NCBI RefSeq assembly: GCF_003918875.1
Contig: NW_025767214.1
Location: 620,001-684,000, forward strand
Source of the DNA: Haliotis rubra
Taxonomy: Eukaryota
Length of the DNA stretch: 64,000 bases
Direction: 5' to 3'
In this document: one piece after another, positions 20,391 through 36,700 of the stretch
Position numbering within the stretch: position 1 is the first letter of the stretch
Layout of the letters: each line of letters opens with the position of its first letter
Program-made: the position numbers and the translations under genes
The notes under the pieces: generated by a model
What the model was told of the DNA's origin: nothing
Database searches by the model: none
Seen by the model: the letters and a program-made list of their open reading frames with translations, nothing else

Positions 20391-23300
20391 GAAAAGGAAG
20401 CTCTGTGTTTGCCAGGAGGTGTTTAACTGATTATTCAGTTATTAATGCCATGTCAAGGATTGAGTATCCATGGTTAAAATCCCAATAATGTTCACCAACA
20501 AATCATTATATACACAGTGACACTGACACTGACACTTGACATGAACACTTGATATTGGAATTGGGAGTAGAAAGTGTAATGTGTTGTTTGAGAGCACTGT
20601 TTACTTTAGACATAGCTATACCTGGGACAATCATTTTGTTGTGCTTGAAGACGGACAGTGCTTTATTGTGATAAAAAGTAACATTTGCCAGGACATGGAG
20701 GTGAAGCCGAGCACCTTGTTCTCTGAACAGCTCAATATAATCGTAGTACTGTCAATGGTCTTCTTTGCATTGCCTACTATATTATCTGATGGACAAGTTG
20801 TGTTTGAATGTATATAGTACTTATAAGAGTTGTTGACATCGAGCTATGTGATTTTTAGGATTTGTATAAGTTGTAGAAATGTTCAAGCAGTGGTAGATTT
20901 TTTCAGGAGAAAGAGTATTATTTCTTCAAAGAAGCAACTGGCAGTGCTTGATTGTACATGTAAAACAAATGACTGAGGGCATGAGCCACAGAACCTCACA
21001 ATCCAATGGTCTTCAGTTCATTCTGTGTGAGAACCATGGCATGCTGTTGCCATTTTGTCTGTGGGATCCATCAGGGATACAAAATGCAGGAGTGACTTGG
21101 AGAAGTAATTGGTGACTGAATGAATGGATTAAAACCTGTGCATCTTACATCAATGGGGTAATATCTTATAGAGGTATAAATTTGTAGAAATCAAAATCTG
21201 TGTATTTTGTTTAGATGGAAAGCTGATGATGCTGATGTGTTTTCTTACTGTGCATGACATCAAGATCAAAGTTTGAGGGTGTGTTGAAAATTGGGTATAC
21301 CTGTACATAGATCTGTAATATATTTAAAACTGTATACATGTACCTTTTGGTTAACAAATGACACAAAAGTACCCTGTATTCGTCTCTATCAAAACATTAT
21401 GTACATCAGCTTGATCTGTTTATGTGCATTACAGGTTACATTGTTTTGTTAAAATAAAATAAAATAAATGTTCATACAGCTTTGTGTTAACTTTTTGTTT
21501 TGTTATGAGCCGGGTTCCAAATTCAAAACTACTCTGTGCTGCTGAAGACATTCCGGTTGAGGACCAGTGAGCAATGTGCGTTAAACACTGGTTTGAAGAC
21601 ACCTTGTGCAGTGTTATGTGAGAGGAACATCTGAAGTGAAGCAGGCCTGTCTGACACACCAATCTTCGGCCTTTGAACCAGGGATTGAAACAATCACAAA
21701 TTTCTGGCTTCACTAAGGGATATATCTCTACACAGCAAACTGCTGAATCTCAGAGGATTTGGCCATCCTCCCAGATTGGGGCATACAAAAGCTACTGTAA
21801 CAGAACCTGCTTTACTTGTGGTAGTGATCAAGCAGGAAATAGTTTATCAGAAAGTATCTCTCAAACTTATTTTGAGTGAGCTTGTCTTTTGGCTGTGATG
21901 GAGTTACTTTATCATAACAGTGGCATTCAATTTGTTGCAGGGCAGCCTGTAGAAAACAAGTTCAGGCTGTCGAGACATGACTTTACATCTTCACATAAGC
22001 TGGTGTATTGGCAGATAAATTGGATTGCAATACGTATTTGACAGTAGGCGACACTAATTATACATGCCGATCCTATTTTGTACATTAAAAGTCCCTAAAA
22101 TATATGTTAAGGTTCTGATAACAGCAGTCTCAAAAGAAGGTTGCTCAGTCAGGGAGTCTATTTTCTATTTTATACAGTAGTATCACAGTACATGTATGCT
22201 GTTCTGAATAATGAATGAATGAAAGTCTGCATAGATTTGAATTTAAACCATAAAGATAATTGCACAAATATTCATATACATGTATATTCTTTACATAATT
22301 TCCCACTTCTCAGAAAAATTATTCCATTATGTATCATTTGAAAAGCATTGTGGTATACCGGTTATACCATGCAGTCCTAGGTCAAGACACCTGTGCTGAC
22401 CAAAATCTCCACATTGCTGTGAAAGGTATTACATTCCCATATGATCATACGCGTACTCCTCAGTTCATTTGTGAACATCTTTGCATTCAACACCGTTTTG
22501 AGAACATGTTTAAGTGTTATGACATTCACTAGACTGGACAGAATTTTACTAGTCTGGCTTCAGAAAAGCAATAGCAGGGTTTTACATGACGCATGATTCC
22601 AGCGTATTTGACGCAACAATTTTGTAAAAGACTCTCAAAATATTATCATATGAGTCAAGCTTGACGCAAGTTTTATTGGTGGCCCTCACAATTCAGTTCA
22701 ATAAAATCGATTTGATAAGCAAAAATTGATATTGTTTGATGATAGTTTGACTTTTGCAGAGCTGTCAGATTGTTCCAGAGAACTCAAGAGTCAGAGGAGA
22801 CAGTAATCCTGGCTGTTTGAATTGAACAATGCTGTAGTTTCATTTGGTGGTGTGACATACACAGTTACATACTGAGAATGATAAACACAAAGAAACATTA
22901 AAATTTTCATGACTCCTAATTATTGAAAATGACTCCCAGTAATAAATATTGTGAGTCACCATGACTCACATTTTTAAAAGTCTGTAAAACCCTGCAATAG
23001 GTGAGGTGAAATGGGGTTTAACACTGTACTTGAGAACATTTCGCTCATACTATGACGTGCATGCGTGTGTATGTGTGGCTGCTTGTACCATATTTTAATG
23101 TCATTTGCAACCTTCTGCTCTCCCGGGTGGAAAGGTATTAAGGTGGCAAAACGATTGATTATTACAAAGTACAAATAAATTGTAACAGATGAGACAGCTT
23201 TCTATGCTCTATGCCAAAAGAAAAATGGAGAGACAGATTGGCCTTGAGACTTCAAGAATGCCAGTAACAGCAACTGATACTGGGTGATCACAAAAACAGA

Positions 23301-23714
23301 CTAAAGTTGTTATCTTCAGCAACATTTATTTTATACATGTGCCCTGAAACAAAAGTTAGAGTACCCATAGCAGTCACCTTTCCCAAAATATAATTAGTTT
23401 TGTATTCATGCCAGGACATCAAAACAATATATGAATCAAAAGTACAACTGGCATATGTACCCAAATTTTATATTGAACAGCAACAGAGGCAAACAATAAC
23501 AGTTGGCCACTTGTGACCATTTACTGAATGAAAATTATTGTCTTGATTTTTTGTTGAAGAGCATATTCGTGTGAATTATGAAAGAAAATGTAAAATAAAT
23601 TGGGACAGTTGGCAGCTAGAAGTATCTGATATTGTTGAACATGATTATTGATAAAGCACAAATTTCTTCCATTAAAAGACATGGCCTTGATCAAAATAAC
23701 AATTACATAAAAGT

Positions 23715-25808
<2,094 letters not shown>

Positions 25809-26420
25809 TTAACAAATTACTCACTACATTGCAAATCTATGAATGATTAAAGTAGATGTTTGAAGCTATAATTTGAAAAGAGGATCATATAATTTTAGCC
25901 CAACCAACAATTACTCATCTCAAATAGTGTGTAACAAAAACAAATAGTGTGTATACTGAGCTAAATTTCAGATTATACATATTTCTTGTCTGTAGTTCAT
26001 TGATACCTGAAATTAGACCATAATAATGAATTGGATTTCCGGATTTTCATTATAATCATTTGCAAGGAAGTTCGTTATTTTATTTGGGCCGAATTCAGTT
26101 TGCTGAATAAGTAATAAAGAGTTTTAGGTTAAGTAGGCAATACGTAATCAACCATTTCGAAAAGGCTAAGCAATGTCTTGAAGAAAGAAGCTGTTTCTGC
26201 CCTTTCTTTGTTGCGAACTTTCCATAATGAAATGTACATGACAAAATGGCGGACGTTTCTCGGAAATACTCGTACTTTCCATTTACATCTCAACGCGGAC
26301 GGCATTCGATTACTACGTTCCGGGATTTCTTCTACATACACACATTCAAATCTGCCGTTCTATTGAGAACGTCAAGATAACTCCTGAAGATCAACGTTGG
26401 TTTAAAATAAAATGTCCTCA

Positions 26421-26745
26421 CCTTCTACTTCGTGTCTCTCCTCAGCGTAGATAGAAAATATGACGTCAGGCTTTGGGCGCTTCATATTTATATACATGGT
26501 GACGTCACGTCCTATTATTAGTAACCGATTCTGCGCAGTTCCCCTGCCAACAGCGATCGAGCGGGGATTCTATTTTTAGAGACACGACAGTTTCTAAAAT
26601 TAGATTGCTTGCGCAGCCTGTAATCATCTCGGCTGTTGTCTGATTACGCATATATAGGAATGTTCGTATTCAATTTCGTATCTTACTATTAAGCTCTCGA
26701 AGGTTCTCTGGTAGATAGGGGCTGGTATCATTCATGACGTCACAT
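26421..26745 (-). promoter_or_regulatory. Polyubiquitin non-coding first exon and promoter (TATA, 3 CRE, 2 MEF2-like sites, imperfect HSE)
   Basis: Minus-strand donor AAG|GTGAGG near 26421; TATATAAAA at about 26486-26494; TGACGTCA at 26461, 26500 and 26735; CTATTTTTAG at 26570 and CTAAAATTAG at 26594; CTCtcGAAggTTC at about 26694-26706. Confidence 0.7.
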
Positions 26746-27171
26746 TTGAAAACATGATCGATCGTAATTTCAGCCTCTATATCTATCATATTTTAACCAT
26801 TAAAATGTTAAGTAGTACTTCAGGTCATATGTGGCCTCGATCCATACTGAATAAATTGTCATTGTCATCTTTTAACCATCTATCACCGGCATCCAGGGGG
26901 GTTAACACCAACCAATAATAATTAAGCAAGGTGATTAAACTGTTCTTGGATTGTGCTATTATCCAGTTTTCCTCCTTTTTCTCCATTGCTCCAAGAGTAT
27001 ATTTATGTTCATCACGTACTACTACGTGACATTCAAAGAAAGGGCTGTGATTAATTCACTTCCTCATAGAAATATCGTGTATTGAATGTGATATCTGATA
27101 TTTGAAATCAACGAAATGAATACAGCCTGCCATCAGGTTTGAGAAATTTAACCGAAAAGGGGACGCCATTG

Positions 27172-27325
27172 GCCTTCAGTAACCCGTGCTTGTGGTTTGA
27201 GGCGACTAGCGGGATCGGGTTTTTTAGAACTTGGTTCAGCACGGATCGATGCTCGTGGTATCAATCACTGGATTGTCTGGTTCACATCGCATGTCGCTGA
27301 CTGCAGCGTTAGCAGCAAGCAAACG
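27172..27325 (+). mobile_element. SINE-like element, family 2 (degenerate)
   Basis: CCTTCAGTAACCC..GAGGCGACTA..GATCGATGCTC..CTGGATTGTCTGG. Confidence 0.7.
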
Positions 27326-27806
27326 TTACCATGTGATTTTGTCCTACAAGTGACTTTACGTGCTTCAATTTAGACACCTTGGTACATATGTAATGTATCC
27401 ACGTATCTTAAAAAATTACGACCTCGTGGAATTACAAGCTATTTTATTTCTCTTTGAACGGTTGGGGTGGGTGTGTGTGTGTGGGGGGTGGTTATTTGTA
27501 CATAATGATTTATGCATGGCCGATTTATGTGATATATAAGGTGTAATGTTCACGGTAGATTGTCTATTGTCAGGCGCTCTTGTTCTTTCAGAAACCGGTT
27601 TCTTCAAAGGGTGGACAACCTTTCACCGAAATCATTCACCACACGCACCAATACTTTTTTCATGTGACTTGGCTCCCTCTCGTCTAGTCGCATTATGAGC
27701 AAGTTGGCGACGCGCAAAGCGGATCGAGAACCAGCTTAAGAAGAGGAAGTCCAGTTAACAAATAGAAATACTCGTTACAGAATCATCGAAGGGATCACGT
27801 TCTCGT

Positions 27807-27825
27807 CCAATGAAAAGTCTCCACG
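27807..27825 (+). promoter_or_regulatory. ER stress response element (ERSE) upstream of calnexin
   Basis: CCAAT-GAAAAGTCT-CCACG is an exact CCAAT-N9-CCACG match, about 80 bp upstream of the first donor CAG|GTAAAC (27908/27909). Confidence 0.8.
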
Positions 27826-29125
27826 TTAAAGCGTTGTCCGCGTGGTTGATGTGAGTGTGTATACTCGATCATTCGGTGTAGCAATTCACAAATTCGCGAA
27901 GTATTCAGGTAAACATTTATATGCACTCTTTGTATTAGACAAACGACAACATCACCCATTGTGAATTATGATTTATGCTTTAAACATCAACAGGAAGTAG
28001 TATCTTTTGCAGATCGGCTCATTTTACCAATCGCGTTTGCATGGGAATTTCATTGATTTGCATGCATGAAGCCATTTTATCTTCCCATCATTTGATTACC
28101 AAATCATATCGGAATTGTTTTATCAATTATATCGCAATTACATGTGTTGTTGTTCAACTTGAAACCAATGCTCATCAACGCCGTTGTGGAATACTTTATC
28201 TCACATTTGCAACAGGCATTTCGGCATGTTCATATAGCGAAACATGGTCGTCGGTGTCGTCAATCAAGACAACCACATTTCGATCTGGTTGTAGGACCTC
28301 CCAACTACAAATATATACGACCATTTGCTTGTATTCACGTATTGTAATGATCCTTTGTACATGATGCATAATCTGATGTTTCATGCAAATGAACTTATGA
28401 ATATATGAATGTGATATTACTTACAAAATATTTTTTCTATTGTTTGATGGAGTATCCAGCAGTAGGCAAGCAGAATCAGGGAATGCATACTAATATATGA
28501 TTGTCTGAGCGAGCAATATCAGTGCAGTGGGAAAGGATGCAATCCAAAAAACGCATGTCAGAATGTCCTCGAAAGTCAAGATGGCCACCAACATATACTC
28601 AAATGTCCACTGCAAAAAGTTACCCTTTATTTGTAATCGTTTCCAATATATCAGATGTATATCATACCCTAAAGTGGATTTGTTGCATCTTTAGACCTTG
28701 GATTTGTTGCATCCTTAACATTTTTTCATAAAGAGATCTTTGTGTGAGATTATTAATATCACACAACTTTTGCGGACAGACTTTTAACAGCTAAATAATT
28801 GACTTCATCATATTCATGTGCATTAAACGTGTTAAGTAAAGAACATATTATCTGAGACTTTCAGCTAGCCAGTTGGGATAACTTGAACATTATATGACTG
28901 GCCCGATTCACAATCAGCTAGCATTTGGCTTTTGGACCAGTAGCTATTTCGAACACTGATTAGATTGGAGGTCTCCTCAAATGTTGCTGTTTTACATTGC
29001 TTTGTAATATATCAATTAATAGCCTCCATAAAAAAAGTCAAATACAACGAAAATCTGGACGTGGAAAGTCACGTAAAACACAATCATGTACTTCTGTGAT
29101 AGGTGAATGATTATTGGTCACTGAG

Positions 29126-30534
29126 GGGTGCAGGCTAAAACGGAACCACAGCAAAACGGCACCTGGTGAAAACGGCACCATTTGGACATAACGGAACCTC
29201 GACTTGGCGAAAACGGCTACAAATCTTATGGCGAAAACGGCACCAACTAAAATCTTATGGGGAAAACTAGTTTGTTATAAGATAATCGGATTGCATATAA
29301 TAAATACATCTACTATTATGTCGGAACTATCAAAATTTAAGAACAAGGATGTATTTTTATATTCAAGGATACGATGTGAAAACTACTTTATACGGTAACG
29401 GCGCATTGAATAACTCAACTATCAGTGATATTCTGAACTCGTTACAACAGTTCATTTCTAAAAGTAACCGCTTACAGGTTCCTTTGATGAAATAAAAATG
29501 TGCTTAAACCAAATATAGCTACTGTGCCGACAGTGATTGGAAGTGGGCATCCCATAGCTGATAATCGGATTGAAGAATGTTTAGATAGTAAATACATCTA
29601 CTGTGCCGACAGTGATTGGAAAGGGCATCCCAATTTAGCGTGAAAACATCGCAACCTTTGATGTTTTAAGTACATTTACTCAACTGAAATCGCCCAGTGT
29701 CAAACTCAGTGTCAAAATGAAATTGTTTTTAAAACGCACAAATGTACCCATTGTTTACCGTCGCTGAAATACCTTAGTTGTGCGTGCGACGTTAAATAAA
29801 GCAAATAACAACAACCCATTGTTTGTTAGTTTTTGGTTTTATGGGGATTTTTTTCTTTTTTGGGTATACATAACATAATAATTTTTCTGAATATACATAA
29901 CATATATTATGCAAGCTTAATGATGTTTCATTTTTCATATTTTACCATTTTTATTAGACATTTCCTGAAATTGTGTCACTGCTGTTACGAAATTTGTAAC
30001 ATCATTTTGAAAAGAAAAAATCCAAAGATAATATTTATTTCATGTACATATATATTAAAATATCTAGTTTTACAATATAACATGGAGTTTTGAAATTGTA
30101 TATTTATTGCTTATGAAAAAGACCAAAAATTCAAATGCCACATCTGTGACATCAGCCACTGGAGTTGTGACACATGAACATTGAGTAAAATTGGGTGGTG
30201 TAAAGTAAATATAAAAATATAGTTTCCCTACATTTGTTACTGTAAAGTGTAGAAAAATATTGTAGCATAATTTTTTTGGTTTGATTTTGACTTAAGTTTG
30301 TCGGATACAAACATCTGACATAAATATGCACGGATTTTGAGAATGACTCATATGTTGATATAATCTTGCTAATGTTATAATGAAATGAAATAAAACATGA
30401 GTCAACGTCATACTTTGTTTTATATATGGTGCCGTTTTAGCCCAGAAATCAGTAGCCGTTTTAGCCAATATGGTGCCGTTTTCGCCACACAAATTTGGTG
30501 CCGTTCTGCTGTGGTGCCGTTTTAGCTATAACCC
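29126..30534. mobile_element. Non-autonomous Mutator-like/Foldback element in calnexin intron 1
   Basis: 9-bp TSD GTCACTGAG (29117-29125 and 30535-30543); TIRs over 100 bp built from repeated AAAACGGCACC / GGTGCCGTTTT motifs. Confidence 0.88.
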
Positions 30535-30712
30535 GTCACTGAGTATTGAAATCAAACTAAGAGAGGTCCATTCCAACCACTGTGAGTTTGTAAGTCACTT
30601 TCCTTGGAAATGCCTATATCTGAACCTCACTCAACAAGCTTGTTAAGCCTTGGTGATATTGATAATGTGGAGTAACTTGTGATCGTGGTTGTCATTTCTT
30701 CTTCAGTGAAAT

Positions 30713-33700
30713 ATGAAAGTGCTGCGCAGCCTATTGTTGGTGACGTTGCTTGGGTTGTTGTTTGTACAACTTGTCCACTGTGAGGATGCAGTTGATGATG
30801 AGGATGAAGAAGATGATGATGGAACTGTAGAAGAAGAAGATGACGATGCAACGGAGGAACCACCAAGAGAAAAGGTATGTAATATAGGGTTATAAACATG
30901 CTGAGCTGTTGTGCTCACTTTTCACTGTGCAGGTCATATGTGCAACATTTACGTAGCTAATGATATGATAAGACCAAGAATATCTTGTATTAAGAAGAGT
31001 TAAACCCTTTGTAAAAACATTTTGAATCCTGAAGTTAGGGCACCAATAGTACAATCTATTTGCTGTGTTGTGTAGAATTTACTAGTGGTGGTCCGATTAA
31101 TTGAAATAATCGAAGATTGGTCGCAATGACTAAACAACCAAGCAATCGATCATGTTTTCTAATAATCGAACATAAACAATTTTGGAACACTTTTTTGCTT
31201 TAACAATATTTTTCACAAGGTTGGTTTTGTCTGTTACATTTCATAAGCACTACCAGCTCGTTCCAAGTCAGGAATGAATTTATCTTAAAGACTTCAGCTA
31301 ATGTATGTTCCTAACATACTAGTCATCCTTTAAAGGTGTAAAATTTGCAAAAGCACTTTGTGAAGTTTGCAAAAAACTTGCAAGAACTAGTTATTTCTTT
31401 ATTTTTTTGTGCATTAACAAACATAACCAGGAATATTTGATAAGTAATGCCAACCAATTATTTTCGATGATTGACTGGTTGCAATGAACCAAACATCAAT
31501 TATTATGAGATTGTAACCAATTCCCAATACCTTTCTTAGAAGTCACTATTATTTACCAACTGCTGATACAACATAATGACCTTAGAAAATGACTGTTATT
31601 ATCAGTTTGTGTAGGGACTAAATTGGTTCAGGTTTTAACACAATACTAGTGTATTGCAACTAGGAAAGGTTGATTTAATATTTGTTCTTTGATATTTGCT
31701 TTCAGCCACACTACAAAAAACCAGAAGTCAAAGGAAGTTACTTTTTTGCTGAGCCTTTTGATAACAAAGCAGAATCTATGAAAAGGTATGGTATGACTGC
31801 TGTGTCTCAATGTTTTAGTTGTTAACGTTCACTCAATCACTTATTTTTGTTTTCAAACTTCAGTATGTTAAGTAACTACCCATCCAACCCCAAAACACAA
31901 AGGCAGCCTAACATTATGTTTGAATTTTATGAAGATGAAAAACCAGATTCACTGATATGTAGGACATTTGATTGATTTCTCTCATTCTGTAGTTGCATTG
32001 ATATGCAGGATGTTTTTTGTGGTATACACAATATATGTCCATCACAGTGTTATCCTGCTAGTTCTATGTAAGTGATTCATTTGGTATCATTCGATTTCAG
32101 ATGGGTTCATTCTCAGGCCAAGAAAGATGGAGTAGAGGAAGACCTTGCCAAGTATGATGGTGAGTAGGTCATGGAAATGTTTAGTCAACCAGGGAAAGGC
32201 ATATAGTATGTTTAGACAACCAAGGAAAGGCATATAGTATGTTTAGTCAACCAGGAAAAGGCATTTAGTATGTTTAGTCAACCAGGGAAAGGCATATAGT
32301 ATGTTTAGACAACCAAGGAAAGGCATATAGTATGTTTAGACAACCAAGGAAAGGCATATAGTATGTTTAGTCAACCAGGAAAAGGCATTTAGTATGTTTA
32401 GTCAACCAGGGAAAGGCATATAGTATGTTTAGTCAACCAAGGAAAGGCATATGGTATGTTTAGTCAACCAAGGAAAGATATATAGTATGTTAAGTCAACC
32501 AAGAAAAGGCATTTAGTATGTTTAGTCAACCAAGGAAAGGCATATAGTATGTATAGTCAACCAAGGAAAGGCATATAGTATGTTTAGTCAACCAAGGAAA
32601 GGCATATGGTATGTTTAGTCAACCAAGGTAAGGCATATGGTATGTTTATTCAACCAAGGAAAGGCATATGGTATGTTTGGGTGGTCAGGCTCATTGACTT
32701 GGTTGACACTTGTCATCATATCCTGATTGTGTAGATTGATGTTCATGCTGTTGATCACTGGATTGTCTGATCCAGACTTGATTATTTACAGACCGCCGCC
32801 ATATGGCTGGAATATTGCTGAGTGTGGCGTAAAACAAATCTCACTCACTCATGTAACAGTTTCAAATTGACATGTTAAGTCAAGAGCATATAACAACTTA
32901 AATGTTTTTGTTGTCCAGGAAAATGGGCCTTTGAAGAGCCGAAAGAAAACCCACTGACTGGAGATCTTGGTCTCATTCTCACTGTGAGTATTAAGTGATT
33001 ATAGCACACAAACTAATGGTAAACTTCAACCTTTCAAGTGAGACTATGTATGATATTCACTGATGATAACAGAGGGCTGACTGTAGGAGCCCTGTTGAGG
33101 GACTAACTTACCAACTGTAGTGTGAGGACAGTTTGGAGATTGAAGGTGTGTTTTGAGGTAGCTTCATGATTTCAGCTGTGTGTGTGTAGGTCACAACCAA
33201 GATTTGATAAGAACTTAGAAACTGATTATCTCTAGCTCTTTACCAAAGTATTTTAAGAGTGAGTTGTCCAATTAATTACATGTACACTTAAATATATCTT
33301 CCTGTGATCTTTGTTCCAGTCAAGAGCCAAGCATCATGCTATTTCTGCCAATCTCAACAAACCATTTCAGTTCAAGGACAAGCCCTTAGTAGCTCAGTAA
33401 GTAAATGTTGTGATAGTGCTGGTGCAACTGATGGAATAATCAGTCAATCGGTCTTTCAGTTGATCTTGCTTGTGTCACCGATTGTCGATGTGCTCTAGAA
33501 CTAATCAATGTTCATTAGAGGTGTGATGATACAGAAATTTCACGATACGATACGAATCGCAATATCTTGGAACGATACGATTCGATTCGATGCATATCAC
33601 GATATGCTATCTTTAGTTATTTCCTTAAAAAAGGAAAGCGTATTTTGATAGCAAGTAACAGTGTAAATTTTGACATACTTGTCAATTTCTAGTGAAAATA

Positions 33701-36700
33701 GTAATTCTAATACATATCACGATACGAAAAAAGTATCAATATATTTATCGTCGGATAAAGTATCGCGATTATCGATACTACGATATATCGTCACAGCTCT
33801 AATGTTCATCAAATTAAACTTTATAAAGTATGTTTGTTATTATCCCCTGCTGCTCCTATGTATGCATCAGCGTCCGTATATATGTACATATGTCCAGATT
33901 CTTGTTAACACGATATCTCATGAACTGTTGTACCCAATGTCTTCAAATTTGGTGACAGTCTACATTGGGGATTACGCAGACTCCAGTCGATTTGGGTGAC
34001 CTTGACCTTATCTTCAAGGTCACCATGACACTTTGACCACTGTTCAAACTCTTGTTAACGTGATATCTCAACTAGTAAATATGTTATAGTATTTCATTCT
34101 TCTTTAGCGGCAGGGGACATTGCCATATTAGTGGCAAACACTTGTTGTTATGTTTGTTATATCAAGATATAAACGACTGATGTTGTTTCTTGACTCATAC
34201 AACTGCCATGTACACAACATGCTCACATACATGCCTCAACAGGAAGTGTCCTCGATGGTAGTATTAATTGGTGCCTGTTTCATTTGCATAATGTTATGAT
34301 TGTGTCCTGTTATTGTCAACTTGAGTTTTGTGGTGGTGTCACAATCGATTACTGACCTCCGATTAACGAACTGAATATTGTGAGTAATAACCAGCTCAAC
34401 ATTGTGTGTTCAACTCCAGACCAGATTTGATAGTTGTGGCTGTCATTTCTGAAAACATGCAGGCAGTTGGTTGTAATTATTTACAGGAGTTGTAATGTTA
34501 ATTAATGGTGATTTTTCATTTGGGTTAAATTTGACAGGTGGTTGCACAACTGATGTTTGTGATTCTCTCTACTTAGATATGAGGTGCGGTTTCAAAATGG
34601 CATGGACTGTGGTGGAGCATACGTCAAACTGCTGTCACAACAACAAAAACTTGATTTGGTAAGTGAAGTCCATATTCTTAAATGTGCTTCTATGGTAAAT
34701 GTTTAATGATCTTTTGGCATTATTTGTGGCCTTGGTAAATTCCTGATGCTTTTGAATCTTGTAGATATTGATTTGTGATTAGCCATGTTGTAGCAGAAGA
34801 CATTTGTTACTTTAATCCAGTCTAAACTTGAACTATATCATCCCAGAATTATACTGCTTTCATCAAGTACGTTTGTAGTTTAAATAAACTTAAGGAATTT
34901 TGTTGGCATTAATGTCATGGTTTGCCTTGTATGCTTTATCGAATATTTTATGAATATTCACCAGTGGATTAATAATGTTTTCAGAAATCCTTCCATGACA
35001 AGACCCCCTACACTATCATGTTTGGACCTGACAAGTGTGGCCTGGATCACAAGGTATTGTTGCTTTGATTGTTGCTAAAGAGGAAATTATATGCACACAT
35101 CTTTAATGGGTATCATGTTGATAAAAATGCATGTACAGATAGGGACGCTTGAGAACAAAACATCCTGTTCATGACCATGTATGGTTACTTATTATTAGGG
35201 CTGGGACGATACACTATGTCACGATACGATACATATCGCGATATTATACCTGCGATACGATCGCGATACGATACGTATCACGATACATACACCTTGAAAG
35301 AATGGCACAGTATTAATGATTTAAAATGATTTATTTCAAGGTATTTGTGTATAACAATAGCACTATTGTAATAAACAAGCAAGAAACTCTATCATACTCG
35401 CGTATTTGTCTCTAAATAAGTACTTTAACATGTTTAAGATATAACTGTTATGAAAAAAGGTGTATCGTTTTGTATCAACGATGCGATAGCTGTATCAAAC
35501 TTACATGTATCGCAGTGTATAGATGTATCAGTTAATTTCCCATCCCTACTTATTATTGTCTTGTTTTCATGTATGATATTGTTGAATTAAGCGCAATCTC
35601 AGTGGGTTTGGTGGGATGATCACACTGACTGGTACCCTGGATGTAAGGTCGTTGTTTATAGTATCATTCACTAGATTGTCTAAACAAGATTGCGTACTGG
35701 AAGCTGTCATATAGCTCTTGTTTGGGACTTGTATTTGTGGTGAAATTCATATACTTTGTTTGTTTTTTGTGTAGCTACACTTCATCTTCCGACACAAGAA
35801 CCCCAAGACTGGTGAATTTGAGGTGAGCTATAAACCTTTTTGATGATCATTCTCATTGAGCTATGTTGAAGCACATGAGTGTCAAATGTTGGCCCATCAA
35901 TATCAAGGCCAAGATATTTTAGTGGATGCTTGATGTGTTCACCCATTGCTAGCTGTGAAGTCGTAGGTGAAGCAATATTGAATGGGTACACATGTTTTGG
36001 GACAGGCAATGGTTTTGGGAGTCTATAAAGTTGCATGAATAAGGAGAAAATGTCATGTCCCCTGTTATTGTTACAGGAGAAGCATGCGAAGAAGCCATCC
36101 GGCAATCTGGACAGTTACTTCACAGACAAGAAGACCCATTTGTTCACACTTAGTACGTTACAGACAATTTGTTATTTCAAATACTCACATTAAGATTTGG
36201 ATGTTTGGTTTACTTGATGTGTTCAGGTGAAATTGCACGATGAGTTTCCCAAAATAAAGAATATAATGTGTCTTGATTGTGTTAATATGGATAAACCCAT
36301 GTTTTAATGAAATACCACAATGATGAATTGTGATACTTTATTGATTTTCTCAGTGGGATAGCCTAGTGGTTAAAGTGTTCGCTTGTCACACTGAAGACCC
36401 AGGTTCAATTCCCCACATGGGTGCAATGTGTGAAGTCCCATTTCTGTTGTCACCGGCCATGATATTGCTGGAATATTGCTAAAAGCGGTGTAAAAACATA
36501 CTCACTCGTACTTGCTTTTCTCAGCCCTCTGAATAATTTAGTGGTATGAAAACAGAAAACAATGTAGTTACCATCTTTTTTCAGTTGTGAATCCTGACAA
36601 CAGTTTTGAGTTCCTCATTGACAATGCTGTGGTCAACCAAGGAAGTCTCCTGGAAGATGTGAAGTGAGTGAGTCTTGTACATAGATCAAGGATGCTGGGG

